Positions 12,831 to 25,388 of a stretch of 62,215 bases of DNA are shown here, piece by piece. Source of the stretch: Octopus bimaculoides (taxonomy: Eukaryota); the NCBI RefSeq assembly GCF_001194135.2, contig NC_068991.1:45540059-45602273 (forward strand), given 5' to 3'. Numbering within the stretch: position 1 is the first letter of the stretch; each line of letters opens with the position of its first letter. The translations under genes were made by a program, and so were the position numbers. Below the pieces are notes generated by a model. The model saw nothing but the letters and a program-made list of their open reading frames with translations, was not told the DNA's origin and did no database searches.

Positions 12831-14386
12831 TTGGGGAAATGAAGTACAGACAACTGACTCAACACTACAGTAAACTACTACACATGTACGGTCTCCCTAA
12901 GATTCACAAGGATGGTATTCCATTAAGACCTATAGTGAGCTGTAGAGGTTCAGCATGTCATCCAGTGAGCCGCTTCCTTGTGGATATAATCAGTCCATAA
13001 GCATGAAAGTCAAAATCGGACCTGAAGAATTCCATCTACTTCCCAGAACTGATCAAAGATACCCCAATTGAATCCAACCTGATGGTGAGTTTAGATGTGA
13101 TAAGTCTGTTAACCAAAGTCCCAACAGGTGAAGCACTATCGGTGATTCAAGAAAAACTAGTGACAGACACCCATCTAAAAGAACGCACTAGTATACCAAT
13201 AAGACACTTGATGGAAATGTTGACCTTCTGTGNNNNNNNNNNAACGCACTAGTATACCAATAAGACACTTGATGGAAATGTTGACCTTCTGTGTAGAAAC
13301 TATCTACTTCAGTATGGACACTGATATATATCGACAAGAAGAGGGTTTGGCAATGGGTTCGTCATTATCACCGATAATAGTCAATATATACATGGAATAC
13401 TTTGAGAATTTGGCTTTATGATCAACAACCACTAAACCCAACTCTATGGCTGCGATATGTTGATGACACCTTTATACTCTGGTCCCACCAGGAAGATGTC
13501 CAAGTGTTGTTAGTTCATGTGAACTCAATAAAGCCATCCATACAGTTCACAATGGAATAGGAAAAAGACAATCAGCTAGCATTCCTGGACGCATTAATAA
13601 CACGCACCAAGTATGGGTTCAGGACATCCGTATACCGCAAGCCGACCTTCACTGGACGATACCTCAACTTCAATTCCCACCATCCATACAGTGTAAAGAG
13701 AGGGATTTCTCAGTGCCTAAAACATCGAGCAAAGAATATTAGTAGGGATCGTGATCCCCACCACGAAGAAATGATCAAGCTCAATAACAATATATTAAGC
13801 AACAACTACCCCAAAAACATACTATCTACTCCAGTTATAAAGAAAAGAGAGGATGAAATCAATAAACTGTCCACAGTCTGTCTACCCTATGTGAAAGGCT
13901 TCTCCGAAAAGATACAAAAGATATGCGGCCCATATGACATCAGGACAGTATTCAAGAGTTATACGACACTTCGCAAATATCCCCTTCGAGTAAACCACCA
14001 ATTGAAGAGAATATGGCCAAGAACTTCGTGTACTCCATCCCATGCAGCTGTGGTAGGTTATACATAGACGAAACATGCTGCTCTCTCAAAATAAGGGCAG
14101 ACGAACATCACAAAGCTGTGACACGAGAAGATATTGATAAATCGGGTATAGCTGATCATGTATGGAAAAATGGAGACCACCTCCCCCTGTGAGATGAAGT
14201 TAAAATAATAGACAGAGAACACCACTGGAAAATACGAAAACTAAAAGAAGCAGCACATATGCTAGGACACAACAACCTCCTAAGCAGACTGAGTGCAGAT
14301 ATGAACAGCATATGGTAACCGGCATTAAGGAAGGATAAGAGAATATTAGATTTATAAGCCCTAAAATTCACTCCATACCTGTCCAC

Positions 14387-14457
14387 GGGTATATGACGTA
14401 GCGGTTAATAGTGCGGGCTACTAACCCAAAGATTCCGAGTTCGATTCCAGGCAATGA

Positions 14458-14459
<2 letters not shown>
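14387..14459 (+). promoter_or_regulatory. tRNA-like Pol III internal promoter at the PLE 3' end
   Basis: A-box-like tgacgtagcgg, anticodon-like hairpin ggg-ctactaa-ccc, B-box gagttcgattcc; T-stem imperfect, so not a functional tRNA. Confidence 0.7.
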
Positions 14460-14514
<55 letters not shown>

Positions 14515-14640
14515 CAACAACAACAACATCGAAAAATACCGTAGGAATGAGAACCCAAGACACCTAATGAAGGCTGGAGGGTTAACAACAAACAAGATAT
14601 TTGTCAAATGTAAATAATGTACATAATTCCTCTGAAGTGT

Positions 14641-15480
14641 AGAAAAAGCACTGTCGACATACACAGCGGTAATACGATCTGATTGGTGGTAGGACACTCT
14701 GTAGAATGTTCCCCCAAAAGAAATTGAAAACTTATTGTGTATAGAGGTTTCCTCCGGAGCACGATGTTTGAATTTGATAGAACGATAATCGTTGGTTTGA
14801 AGTGACCCTTAAGTATTTTCACATTTGGCGTGTGATTATGAAATACAGTGGATCTGGAAGAATGTAAGGGGATAAATTCGGAAAATTTTTGTCAAATGTG
14901 GTGTTGGCTGCAAAATGGGCAGCCAAGGTATGATTTTTTTCACGGAGATTCTACTCACAGAACAATCGTTGGCATTAAGTGGGAGTAAAGAAGATATCAC
15001 AAAGTTGATGGATATCGGCAAAGGAATTCTAGATTAACTGTAATTTGGGAATGGACGGGATAGTTTGAGGATTGTGCGATTCAGGAAGGTAACTCACTTG
15101 ATTCACTAGTGGTCTTGCAAGGGTTGCGTTGTTGAGCAACGATACTCAGTTTTTTTGGGAGAGAGTGAGTTTATGCAGGCGTTTTAGGCCCTGTTTCTTT
15201 GCTTGAACAGCGCAACACAACTATGAATGAATCACTTGTTGAGGACGGGCTGAAGTTTCTTGGTGTATTGGCTTTTTTTCTTTGTTTGCAGGATGTAGAA
15301 CATTCGTAAAAGGATAATTTCAGCTATCTTTTTAGCTGTTTCTGAATCAAGAATGCAAGAATGAATCAAGTACTCAGCCAGAATAGTATAAAATTGTCGG
15401 AGCTTCGACCAGTCTGGAGACTTGAAATAGCACAAGATGCGAGAATGTTGGGTAGTTGGATTGACTCTCGCGAGCCCACA
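14641..15480 (-). mobile_element. CR1/Jockey-group LINE ORF2 fragment (upstream part)
   Basis: RC: CYFKSPDWSKLRQFY..SETAKKIAEIIL..ISINFVISSLLPL..HQSDRITAVYVDSAFS; joins the 12330-12734 piece across the TSD. Confidence 0.72.
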
Positions 15481-15484
15481 TTCA

Positions 15485-15615
15485 CATATAAGCGCAGAAG
15501 TAGCTGTGAGGTAAGAAGCTTATGTCCCAACCACATGGTTCCGGGTTTAGTCCCACTGCGTGGCACCTTGGGCAAGTATCTTCTACTAAAACTTCGGCCT
15601 TATGAATAGATTTGG
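15485..15615 (+). mobile_element. SINE family B 5' part
   Basis: ggtaagaagctt..aaccacatggttccgggtttagtcccactgcgtggcaccttgggcaagtatcttctact. Confidence 0.88.
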
Positions 15616-15644
15616 TACACACACACATACACATACATGCCTTG

Positions 15645-15750
15645 CGGAACGTGTTCAAGCGCTTTACGTTCTGGGTTCATAGTGCACCGAGGGTCAACTT
15701 TACTTTTTATCCAATCCAGGATCGATTAAAATAAAATACCAATCAAGTCC
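15645..15750 (+). mobile_element. Degenerate SINE family A fragment
   Basis: ttacgttctgggttca..ccgagggtcaactttac..atcgattaaaataaaatacc. Confidence 0.6.
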
Positions 15751-15844
15751 TTCAAATCACTGACCTAATCATGATGAATGAAATAATGATGAATGAAAAA
15801 AAAGATGCTTCTAGTTTTAGTAGATTCAGTAGTAGTAGTAGTAA

Positions 15845-15876
<32 letters not shown>

Positions 15877-15877
15877 A

Positions 15878-15919
<42 letters not shown>

Positions 15920-16854
15920 CAGCAGCAGTAGCAGCAGTAATAGTAGTAGTAGCAGCAGCAGCAGTAGTAGTAGTAGTAGTAGTAGTATAGTTCTATGTCT
16001 GTTGGTCGAGGACATTAATGGGTTCTTTGTCTTTTTAAATATAAGGCTACATCATTCAATGTGTGCCCTCCTTTTTTTTTTTTATATATCTTGTATTAAA
16101 TTTCGGTAACGCATAAGTTGAGATTTGGTTGCTATTTCTAGCGAATAGATGCTCCTGGTATCTAGTTATGTGAACGCAATGATTTCTGATGGTTTAAGTT
16201 AAGTTATGTGATATATGATACGTTTACTTTTCTCTTTTCTGTTTATTCCAATAAAGCTTTGGAACAAGCAATATCCATATGAGATGCTTAATATTCTAAC
16301 TGGACCTCACCGAAAGTTGGTGCATTTGTCACGCTGTTGTGATACTTGAATAAAAGAAATAAAAGCAGGATGAGTGAATGGAACAAGACCGACTGCTAGA
16401 ACTACAGAGGAATTTTCATTGATGCAGAAACCATCATAGGAAAATATATAATGGGAAGTGTGCTTTTATTCTCGTAAATACTTTGAAGCTTTTAGACTCA
16501 AAACACTGTCATTCAATATGTGAGACAGACAATTTACACTCATTTCTCTGTTTGTAATAAAACATTGACAAATCGCCGAGACAAATCATTTAATAAACTC
16601 GGTGTTCCTTTAATGGAGTCAGTATTTGAGAAATGGTTGCATTTAAGCTGTTATAGATGTAAAAGTAAAAGGAGAATCCTCGCAGAGGTTATGTGTCTGT
16701 CTAACTTACACTTTAACCAGGAAGATATTGTAAAAAAAAAACAATTCAGAAAAATTTTAAGTAACTAAAAGGAGTCTTCAGATTATAAAACGGTATTTTT
16801 GGAAAAAAAAAATTATTACGTCATTTTGTTCGGTTATGAATTTATGTATGTGTG

Positions 16855-16887
<33 letters not shown>

Positions 16888-17177
16888 GTCGTCGTCGTCG
16901 TCTTGTCGTGTCGTCGTCTTGTCGTGTCGTCGTCTTGTGTCGTCATCATTGTCATCATTGTCATCATTGTCATCATCGTTGTCGTAGTCTTCGTCAGCGT
17001 CGTCATCAACATCATCATCGTAGTCATGTCGCCGTCGTTGTCCTCCTCCTCCTCCTCCTCCTCCTACTCCCCACCTCCTCTCCCNNNNNNNNNNNNNNNN
17101 NNNNNNNNNNNNNNNNNNNNNNNNNNNNNNNNNNNNNNNNNNNNNNNNNNNNNNNNNNNNNNNNNNNNNNNNNNNNN

Positions 17178-17482
17178 TATCATACTATAATATATTGCAT
17201 CATGTTATATGTTATATTATGCATTATTATATTATATTATGTCATATATTATGTTGTTATGTTATATTATATTACACTATATTTTATTACATTATATTTT
17301 ATTACATTATGTTATATTATATTATATTGTTCTATTCTATTGTATTCTATTATTTTATATTGTTATATTATTTTATATTATAATATATTGTATTATATAT
17401 TATATTATTTCATATTATAGTATATTATACTATGCTATGTTATACTATATTATGTTTCATTATATTTTGTCATATTATATTA
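17178..17482. repeat. Degenerate (TATAT/TATTA)n AT-rich tract
   Basis: Pentamer-based low complexity. Confidence 0.85.
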
Positions 17483-17722
17483 GGGGAGGTGCATGGCTTA
17501 ATGATCAGGGTGTTGGTGACATGATCGTTAGATTGTGGTTTCGATTCCTGGACTAGGCGACGTGTTATGTTCTTTAGCAACACACTTCACTCCACATTAT
17601 TCAAGTCCACTCAGCTGGCAAAAAAAAAAGGAGTAATCCTACGACGGACTGGCGCCCCGTCCAGGTGGGGACTATTTAGGCCATGGAAACCGGGAAACCG
17701 GGAAACCGGCCCTTATGAGTCG
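17483..17722 (+). mobile_element. tRNA-derived SINE family C
   Basis: gcatggcttaatg..ggtttcgattcctgg head, agtccactcagctggcaaaaa, gacggactggcgccccgtccagg; homologous minus copy at 58510-58690. Confidence 0.85.
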
Positions 17723-17769
17723 GGATGAATTATGAAGGAACTTTACTTTTTTTTTTAACTGTATGAGCA

Positions 17770-18544
17770 AACGCACACGCATACATACATGTGTACCCGC
17801 GCATACACATACGCATTCATACATCAAAACACACAAGTATATTCGCAGACATACAGATGTAGACGCAGATGCATATATACAAACACAGACAAAGATATAG
17901 ACGTAAACATACGGACGTACACACACACACACATAAATATTTGCATACACATATACACACATGCATATACATACACACGCACACACACATACACACACAC
18001 ACACACGCAGTTACTCTGACACCATGATGCCCAGTTATAGTCACTGACATGCATATACAAACATGGAGGTATGTATACACAGACGCATAGATATAGACGG
18101 AAACATGCGGTTACACATGCACACACGCACACTCATACACACACATACACACATGCACACACACACACACACACAGACACACACACACACACACAGAGTC
18201 AGTCAGACACTATGATACACAGCTATGGTCACAAACATACAGATACGCGTGTACGGAGGCACATATACAAGCACAGACGCAAAGATATAGACATAGTGAC
18301 ACGGATATATTCATACAAGCATAGAACCACACACACACGCGCACACACAAACACACACACAAATACACACACACACACACTCACTCACACACACATAGAT
18401 GTTCAGACATCATGATATACAGCTATAGCCATAAGCATATAGATACAAATACGGAGGCAATGTATACACATGCAGACGCAAAGAAAAAGACACAGAAACA
18501 AGAACACTCATACAGACGTACAGTCACACAATAGAAACGTACAG

Positions 18545-18627
<83 letters not shown>

Positions 18628-18768
18628 TAAACATACACACACATACACATGCGCGCGCACACACAATACTCAGCAATAGTTACAGACATACAGAAATGGA
18701 AGCATGGGAGCACGTATACAAACATATACGCAAAGATATAGACAGTGTCACGGCCACATTCATACAAA

Positions 18769-18790
<22 letters not shown>
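17770..18790 (+). repeat. Degenerate ~200-250-bp tandem units interleaved with (CA)n
   Basis: Motif cagac.c.atgat...cagctat.gtca..acggagg..cagacgcaaagatatagac recurs 4-5 times. Confidence 0.7.
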
Positions 18791-18808
<18 letters not shown>

Positions 18809-19302
18809 CGCATTCACAAATTTATACACATGTCCAAGACACATCCCTGCATCCCCCTACAATGGGAATCAAATACCGTGCGACCATGGCTATTTTAGCC
18901 TGCAGGCTGCCGCAAGAAATGCAACATCATCTAATCGTATAATGGCTATCATCATTTCTGATTGGTTAATATTCTTGTTCGGTGAGTCCAAGAAAAAGGG
19001 GAATAAGAAAAATAAGGAGGCGGGGGAACAAAAAAAAAATAAAGGAAGAAAAATAAAAACAGAACAAAATAAAGTACAATAAACGTGTATAAAAGTAAAT
19101 ATAAGGGAATTGGGAGATGAGAAATTTAGGCCTATCCGGTAGAGATGGGGGCAGCTTAAAAGTGCACAGAACGGAAATGAAACGGCTTTAAACTATATAA
19201 CAACGACGGACAACGGCGAACTCGACAACGACAACCCTGACAATAATATTGCCGGTTAGCAGCAACTACAACAGCAACATCTACAGCAACAACAACAACA
19301 AT

Positions 19303-19347
<45 letters not shown>

Positions 19348-20176
19348 CACAACTGCCACTACCACTACTATCACCACCACCAACTGTATCACTACCACCA
19401 TCACACCACGACNNNNNNNNNNNNNNNNNNNNNNNNNNNNNNNNNNNNNNNNNNNNNNNNNNNNNNNNNNNNNNNNNNNNNNNNNNNNNNNNNNNNNNNN
19501 NNNNNNNNNNNNNNNNNNNNNNNNNNNNNNNNNNNNNNNNNNNNNNNNNNNNNNNNNNNNNNNNNNNNNNNNNNNNNNNNNNNNNNNNNNNNNNNNNNNN
19601 NNNNNNNNNNNNNNNNNNNNNNNNNNNNNNNNNNNNNNNNNNNNNNNNNNNNNNNNNNNNNNNNNNNNNNNNNNNNNNNNNNNNNNNNNNNNNNNNNNNN
19701 NNNNNNNNNNNNNNNNNNNNNNNNNNNNNNNNNNNNNNNNNNNNNNNNNNNNNNNNNNNNNNNNNNNNNNNNNNNNNNNNNNNNNNNNNNNNNNNNNNNN
19801 NNNNNNNNNNNNNNNNNNNNNNNNNNNNNNNNNNNNNNNNNNNNNNNNNNNNNNNNNNNCACCAGCACCACCACCACCACTGAAAACCAACAGCAATAAC
19901 ATTAATAACTATAGCAGAAACAACAACTACAACAAAGACAATAGTAAGAAGAAGAAGAAGAAGAAGCAGAACACCACCACCAACAGCAGCAATAACAACA
20001 ATACCAACAACAGTATCTGCATCAGCTGCACCAGTAGCAGCAGAACAACAGAAGAAGCCCTTTACAACAACAGCAGCAACATCACCAGCAACATCAGCAT
20101 CATCAACAACGGCGTCATCGTCAACTTGATGAAAAAAAAACATTTTTTTCGCAGTTGGAAGAATAAGCACAAAAAT

Positions 20177-20591
20177 AATCCTTTCTCCTATAGGTACAAG
20201 GCCTGAAATTTGGTGGGAGGGCGGGGGGCGTTGTTATAATCAATAACATAACCCAAGTGCACAGCTGGTACTTATTTTCATCGACGAAGAAAGGATGAGC
20301 GACACAGTCAACCTCGCCGGAATTTGAACTCAGGACGTAAAGACGGACGAAATGTCGCTAATATGATAATCGTTCCTACTATAGGCACAAAGCCTGAAAT
20401 TCGGGGTGGGGGTGGGGAATGAGCTTGTCGATTACTTCGAGCCCAGTACTTAACGGGTACTTATTTTATCGATTCGGAAAGGATGAAAGGTAAAGTCGAT
20501 CTCGGCAGCGTTTGAACTCAGAACCTGAAGACTGACGAAATGCCGCTAAGCATTTCGCCCGGTGTGCTTACGATTCTGCCAGCTCACCGCC
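20177..20591 (-). mobile_element. Two tandem SINE family A copies
   Basis: Each reads cctttc..ataggcacaaggcctgaaat..tggtacttattt..aaaggatga..ggaatttgaactcag; the copies start at ~20177 and ~20370. Confidence 0.88.
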
Positions 20592-20601
20592 TTTGTCGTT
20601 G

Positions 20602-20641
<40 letters not shown>

Positions 20642-20761
20642 AACAACAATAATAATAATAACAAAAACAACAATAACAGTAATAATAACAACAACAAAAA
20701 CAACAACAACAATAATAATAATAATAATAATAATAATGACAACAACAAAAACAACAACAAC

Positions 20762-20794
<33 letters not shown>

Positions 20795-21734
20795 AACAAC
20801 AATAATAATAATAANNNNNNNNNNNNNNNNNNNNNNNNNNNNNNNNNNNNNNNNNNNNNNNNNNNNNNNNNNNNNNNNNNNNNNNNNNNNNNNNNNNNNN
20901 NNNNNNNNNNNNNNNNNNNNNNNNNNNNNNNNNNNNNNNNNNNNNNNNNNNNNNNNNNNNNNNNNNNNNNNNNNNNNNNNNNNNNNNNNNNNNNNNNNNN
21001 NNNNNNNNNNNNNNNNNNNNNNNNNNNNNNNNNNNNNNNNNNNNNNNNNNNNNNNNNNNNNNNNNNNNNNNNNNNNNNNNNNNNNNNNNNNNNNNNNNNN
21101 NNNNNNNNNNNNNNNNNNNNNNNNNNNNNNNNNNNNNNNNNNNNNNNNNNNNNNNNNNNNNNNNNNNNNNNNNNNNNNNNNNNNNNNNNNNNNNNNNNNN
21201 NNNNNNNNNNNNNNNNNNNNNNNNNNNNNNNNNNNNNNNNNNNNNNNNNNNNNNNNNNNNNNNNNNNNNNNNNNNNNNNNNNNNNNNNNNNNNNNNNNNN
21301 NNNNNNNNNNNNNNNNNNNNNNNNNNNNNNNNNNNNNNNNNNNNNNNNNNNNNNNNNNNNNNNNNNNNNNNNNNNNNNNNNNNNNNNNNNNNNNNNNNNN
21401 NNNNNNNNNNNNNNNNNNNNNNNNNNNNNNNNNNNNNNNNNNNNNNNNNNNNNNNNNNNNNNNNNNNNNNNNNNNNNNNNNNNNNNNNNNNNNNNNNNNN
21501 NNNNNNNNNNNNNNNNNNNNNNNNNNNNNNNNNNNNNNNNNNNNNNNNNNNNNNNNNNNNNNNNNNNNNNNNNNNNNNNNNNNNNNNNNNNNNNNNNNNN
21601 NNNNNNNNNNNNNNNNNNNNNNNNNNNNNNNNNNNATGGAGATGAGTAAGTGGTCAGCGTGAAACGAGTAGAATATTAGAAATGGAGAGCGAGCAAAAAA
21701 GTAATTGAGGATGTATAATAATAATAATAATAAT

Positions 21735-21786
<52 letters not shown>

Positions 21787-21843
21787 GTTTCAAATTTTGC
21801 CACAGGGGCAGCCATTGTAATAATAATAATAATAATGGTTTCA

Positions 21844-21896
<53 letters not shown>

Positions 21897-21929
21897 TGAT
21901 GATGATAATAATGATAATAACAATAATAA

Positions 21930-22590
21930 TGATTTCATTTATTTGCCCCACAAGGATAAGGGGGACAGATATAAAGACAGACATAAAGTGTTGCGGTTTA
22001 TATAAAATGAAATGGTAAAAAAAAAAAATGAAAGAAGGGACATATGCATAGCATATAAAGGTTTAAAAACAGGTGGCGGGGCAGATGATAGAGATGTGGC
22101 CCTCCTGATACAGGAACGCCTTTAGGGATAATCGAGGAACCTCACTGTCCGAGATTTCCCTGAAACCCCAGGAGCAAGTTCCCTCTCCAATTCCTTCTCT
22201 CCAACTCACAGGTCTACACTTAGAGAGATACCATCCACTCTTACCATTTTCGCAACTTTCACCCACCTTTCAGTANNNNNNNNNNNNNNNNNNNNNNNNN
22301 NNNNNNNNNNNNNNNNNNNNNNNNTTCAGCACAGCCATCTGGCAAAAGAAAACTGCCTTGCCTGCCCGATTGAAGGAGGGCGGCGGTGGGATCATCACTA
22401 CAGATTCGGCCGACAGACGGATCTGTCCTATGCGTGACAGCAGCTGTTCGACTTAACCCCACAAGTCAGCAATGCCCGAACACTGAACGAGGGCGTGCAG
22501 AACGGTTTCGTCACTCTGCGTGCACCTCGGACAAGCCCGTCTAACAGCACATCCGTGCCTGTAGAGTTTACCTCAAACCAGTAACGCTCC
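21930..22590 (-). mobile_element. L1/Tx1-clade LINE 3' end
   Basis: RC: LYRHGCAVRRACPRCTQSDETVLHALVQCSGIADLWG*VEQLLSRIGQIRLSAES (ORF2 C-terminal CCHC), then the 3' UTR ending ccttgtggggcaaataaatgaaat and a (TTA)n tract. Confidence 0.85.
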
Positions 22591-22948
22591 CACTCACCTT
22601 CTACAAAAGGCACAAAGCCTGAAATTTGGCGGGAGTAGACTAGTCGATTACATTGACCCCAGTGTTTCCCTAGTGCTCCAGCATGGTCGAGGACGGAAAA
22701 TTACCCAGAAACTATTGGTCTTTTGGTACTGGTAGTGATTTGGAGGGAGTAGTACGCTCCCTTGCTCACAGTATATTTCAGAATCAGGTCGTGTGTCGAT
22801 AACCAGCTGGAAAAGATGTTTTCCGAGGGTTAAAAGGTAGTAACGCGGGACTGTCACCTTACGTTGGCAAATAGGTTTTACTATGCAGTATAGTTCTCAT
22901 TCAGAGATTTAAGACTAGCTGTGTGTGTGTATAGATAGACAGACAGAC

Positions 22949-23003
<55 letters not shown>

Positions 23004-23017
23004 ATGATAGATAGATA

Positions 23018-23240
23018 GAGCTGGCAGAAACGTTAGCACACTGGGCGAAATGCTTAGCGGCATTTCGTCTGCCGTTACGTTCTGAGTTCAAATTCCGCCG
23101 AGGTCGACTTTGCCTTTCATCCTTTCGGGTTCGATAAATTAAATACCAGTTATGCACTGGTTCGATGTAATCGACTTAATCCGTTTGTCTGTCCTTGTTT
23201 GTCCTCTCTGTGTGTAGCCCCTTATGGGTAGTAAAGAAAT
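23018..23240 (+). mobile_element. SINE family A, full length, well preserved
   Basis: gagctggcagaaacgttagc..ctgagttcaaattccgccgaggtcgactttgcctttcatcc..tgtctgtccttgtttgtcc..agccccttatggg. Confidence 0.93.
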
Positions 23241-23486
23241 AACACAAATAACACATAAAGGATACATGCGCACACAGGTTGGGAAATGTAAGTACGCACA
23301 CACACACCTACACACACACGCCTACACACCCACGAGTCTACATACTATATTCAAATATAAACAGACGCATACAGTAGAGACACGTATGTATATTGAAACT
23401 GTTCATTCGTGTTCAGTATTTCTCCCTCACCCCACTCTCTCTTTCTCTCACATTGCGATTCAGTATATAAATGTATATAGTAATAC

Positions 23487-23698
23487 TGGTTTCAAATTTT
23501 GGCACAAGGCCAGCGATTTCAGGGATGTGAATAAGTTTATTACATCGATTCCAGTGTTCAACTGACACTTATTTTATCGATTTCGAAAGGAAGAAAGGCA
23601 AAGTCGACCCCGGCCGCATTTGAACTCAGTACGTAAAGACGGACGAAATACTGCTAAGCATTTTTCTAGCATGCTAACGATTCTGCCAACTCGCCACC
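23487..23698 (-). mobile_element. SINE family A
   Basis: ggtttcaaattttggcacaaggcc..ggcaaagtcgacccc..tttgaactcag..ctgccaactcgcc. Confidence 0.9.
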
Positions 23699-23828
23699 TT
23701 CGTGTCCATGTTCCTATATGCGTGAATGTATGTTTATATTAATATATGAAAATGGACAATGATATTGAGAACTCCGATGAGGCCCACAATGTATTGCTTA
23801 ACGGTTCGAACCCATCTTTCGTGTAGCG

Positions 23829-24405
23829 CAGTGGTTCGAAACCATTTTTACATATGGACGCCTTTGATTACAGTTTTACTCTGGTGGACACCCATAGCTA
23901 TTCGATGTTTAAAACCTAGTTTTATAAATGCAGTAATCCCTCACCATATTGCGGTTCACCTATCGCAGTTTATTATTTAAGCTTACATCGATTCCTCCGT
24001 GGTGTTGTTTTTCATTTATAATAAAATAAATACATACGAATTATTAAAATAATAATAATAATAAAAAGATATACAGTACAGTACTGTTTCTACTTCGCGG
24101 ATTTTCAGCTATCGCGTGGGGTTTTGGAACGTAATATCCGTGATAGTCGTGGGATTACTGTACTTCTTTCAAAACTCCTACTTTGCTTATCACGCATTAA
24201 TTTGTGTAGGGTGAACTGTGTAAAACGTTAGAGAAAGCAATTTTACTGTTTCTTGCAACAGATACATCTAAATCAAATTTTTTCCATGGACTATTAATAT
24301 ACTACTGTGCGCCCCCAATTTAATATTTTTTCTTGCATGGATCCCCCCACCCCAATTCTTGTATGGACCACCAGATGTCATATGGACCACGGTTGAGAAC
24401 CACAG
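23829..24405. mobile_element. hAT (Charlie-like) MITE with 8-bp TSD
   Basis: TIRs cagtggttcgaaacc / ggttgagaaccacag (12 of 15 match); flanks gtgtagcg and gtgtagtg (7 of 8 match). Confidence 0.8.
23931..24160. mobile_element. pogo/Tigger-like MITE nested in the hAT MITE
   Basis: Perfect 10-bp TIR cagtaatccc / gggattactg; right flank TA, left flank TG. Confidence 0.72.
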
Positions 24406-25342
24406 GTGTAGTGAATCTTGCATTCATTAAGGTTTTTAGGATGTTGAAATCGTGTTGGAATTTTGGTATTTTGATGATGTTGATTTTTATGCTGGCAATA
24501 ATGGCGCGGGGAGTTGGTAGTGATAATAGTGTCGGTATGAGTGGTTATATTGATGGTATTGTACACGATGTGTGGTATATTAGCGTTCAGGATAGGGGGT
24601 GTTCGTAATAGTGAAAGGAACGGTTAAAGTAACGGAAATAATGGGAGGTTATGGTGGCTTTGAAAGAATTGCAAGAGAGGAAAAAATGGCGAAGAGAAAT
24701 AGACTGACATAAAGACAAACAAGCAGAAAGGTGGAAAATAGCTTAAGGAGAACGAAAAGCTGACAGCAATTAATGCGGGTGATAAAAGAATGAAAGAAAA
24801 GAAAGAAGCGTGTGAACGACTGAATGAAAAAACAAAAAAAATGGAGGGAAATCTACAAAAGAAGTAAAAATCGAAAGAGAAAATAGCAGCCGATACTGGT
24901 GGGGAAATGAACACACACACACACACACACACACACGCAGGCATGCACGCACGCACGCACATGTATATCATTATTTATTAAAAATAATAAAGAATGAGTG
25001 ACTGAAGGAATGAAGAAAAGAAAGAAAGCTACAGTGGCTGTGGAAGGCAGACGACAAGCGATACGGGTGGTAAAAGAAAACGGAAAAAAATATAAAAAAT
25101 ATAAAAAATGGAAGAAAAAAAATGGTTGAAAGAAAAACGAAGAGTATATGCGACAGGCATGGCAAGTGATGAAAAAGAAAATATGACCGGAGGATGATAG
25201 ATGAAGGAGGAGATGGATTGGGACCTCACTAAGATGTTTTTGGGAAGTCGTGTAAATGTGAAAATTAAATGTCAACGAAATTTGATATGGTCACTGCTGT
25301 CAGGAAAGGATCTAATGCAGAAAGCGGAGTGTGCGAACTTTT

Positions 25343-25388
<46 letters not shown>

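Larger units (their letters stand above)
12735..14640 (+). mobile_element. 5'-truncated Penelope-like element (RT + GIY-YIG) with inverted terminal repeat and 12-bp TSD
   Basis: YGLPKIHKDGIPLRPIVS, GLAMGSSLSP, WLRYVDDTF (13447-13473), VYRKPTFTGRYLNFNSHHP, CSCGRLYIDET, KLKEAAHM; several stops and frameshifts; agaaaaagcact at 12723-12734 and 14641-14652. Confidence 0.93.

Noticed and set aside
13182-13293. 51-bp direct duplication inside the PLE RT
   Set aside because: The copies flank a 10-N gap exactly, typical of an unmerged contig overlap
14387-14459. Possible tRNA gene
   Set aside because: T-stem and acceptor stem are imperfect and it is fused to a repeat tail; treated as a tRNA-derived head
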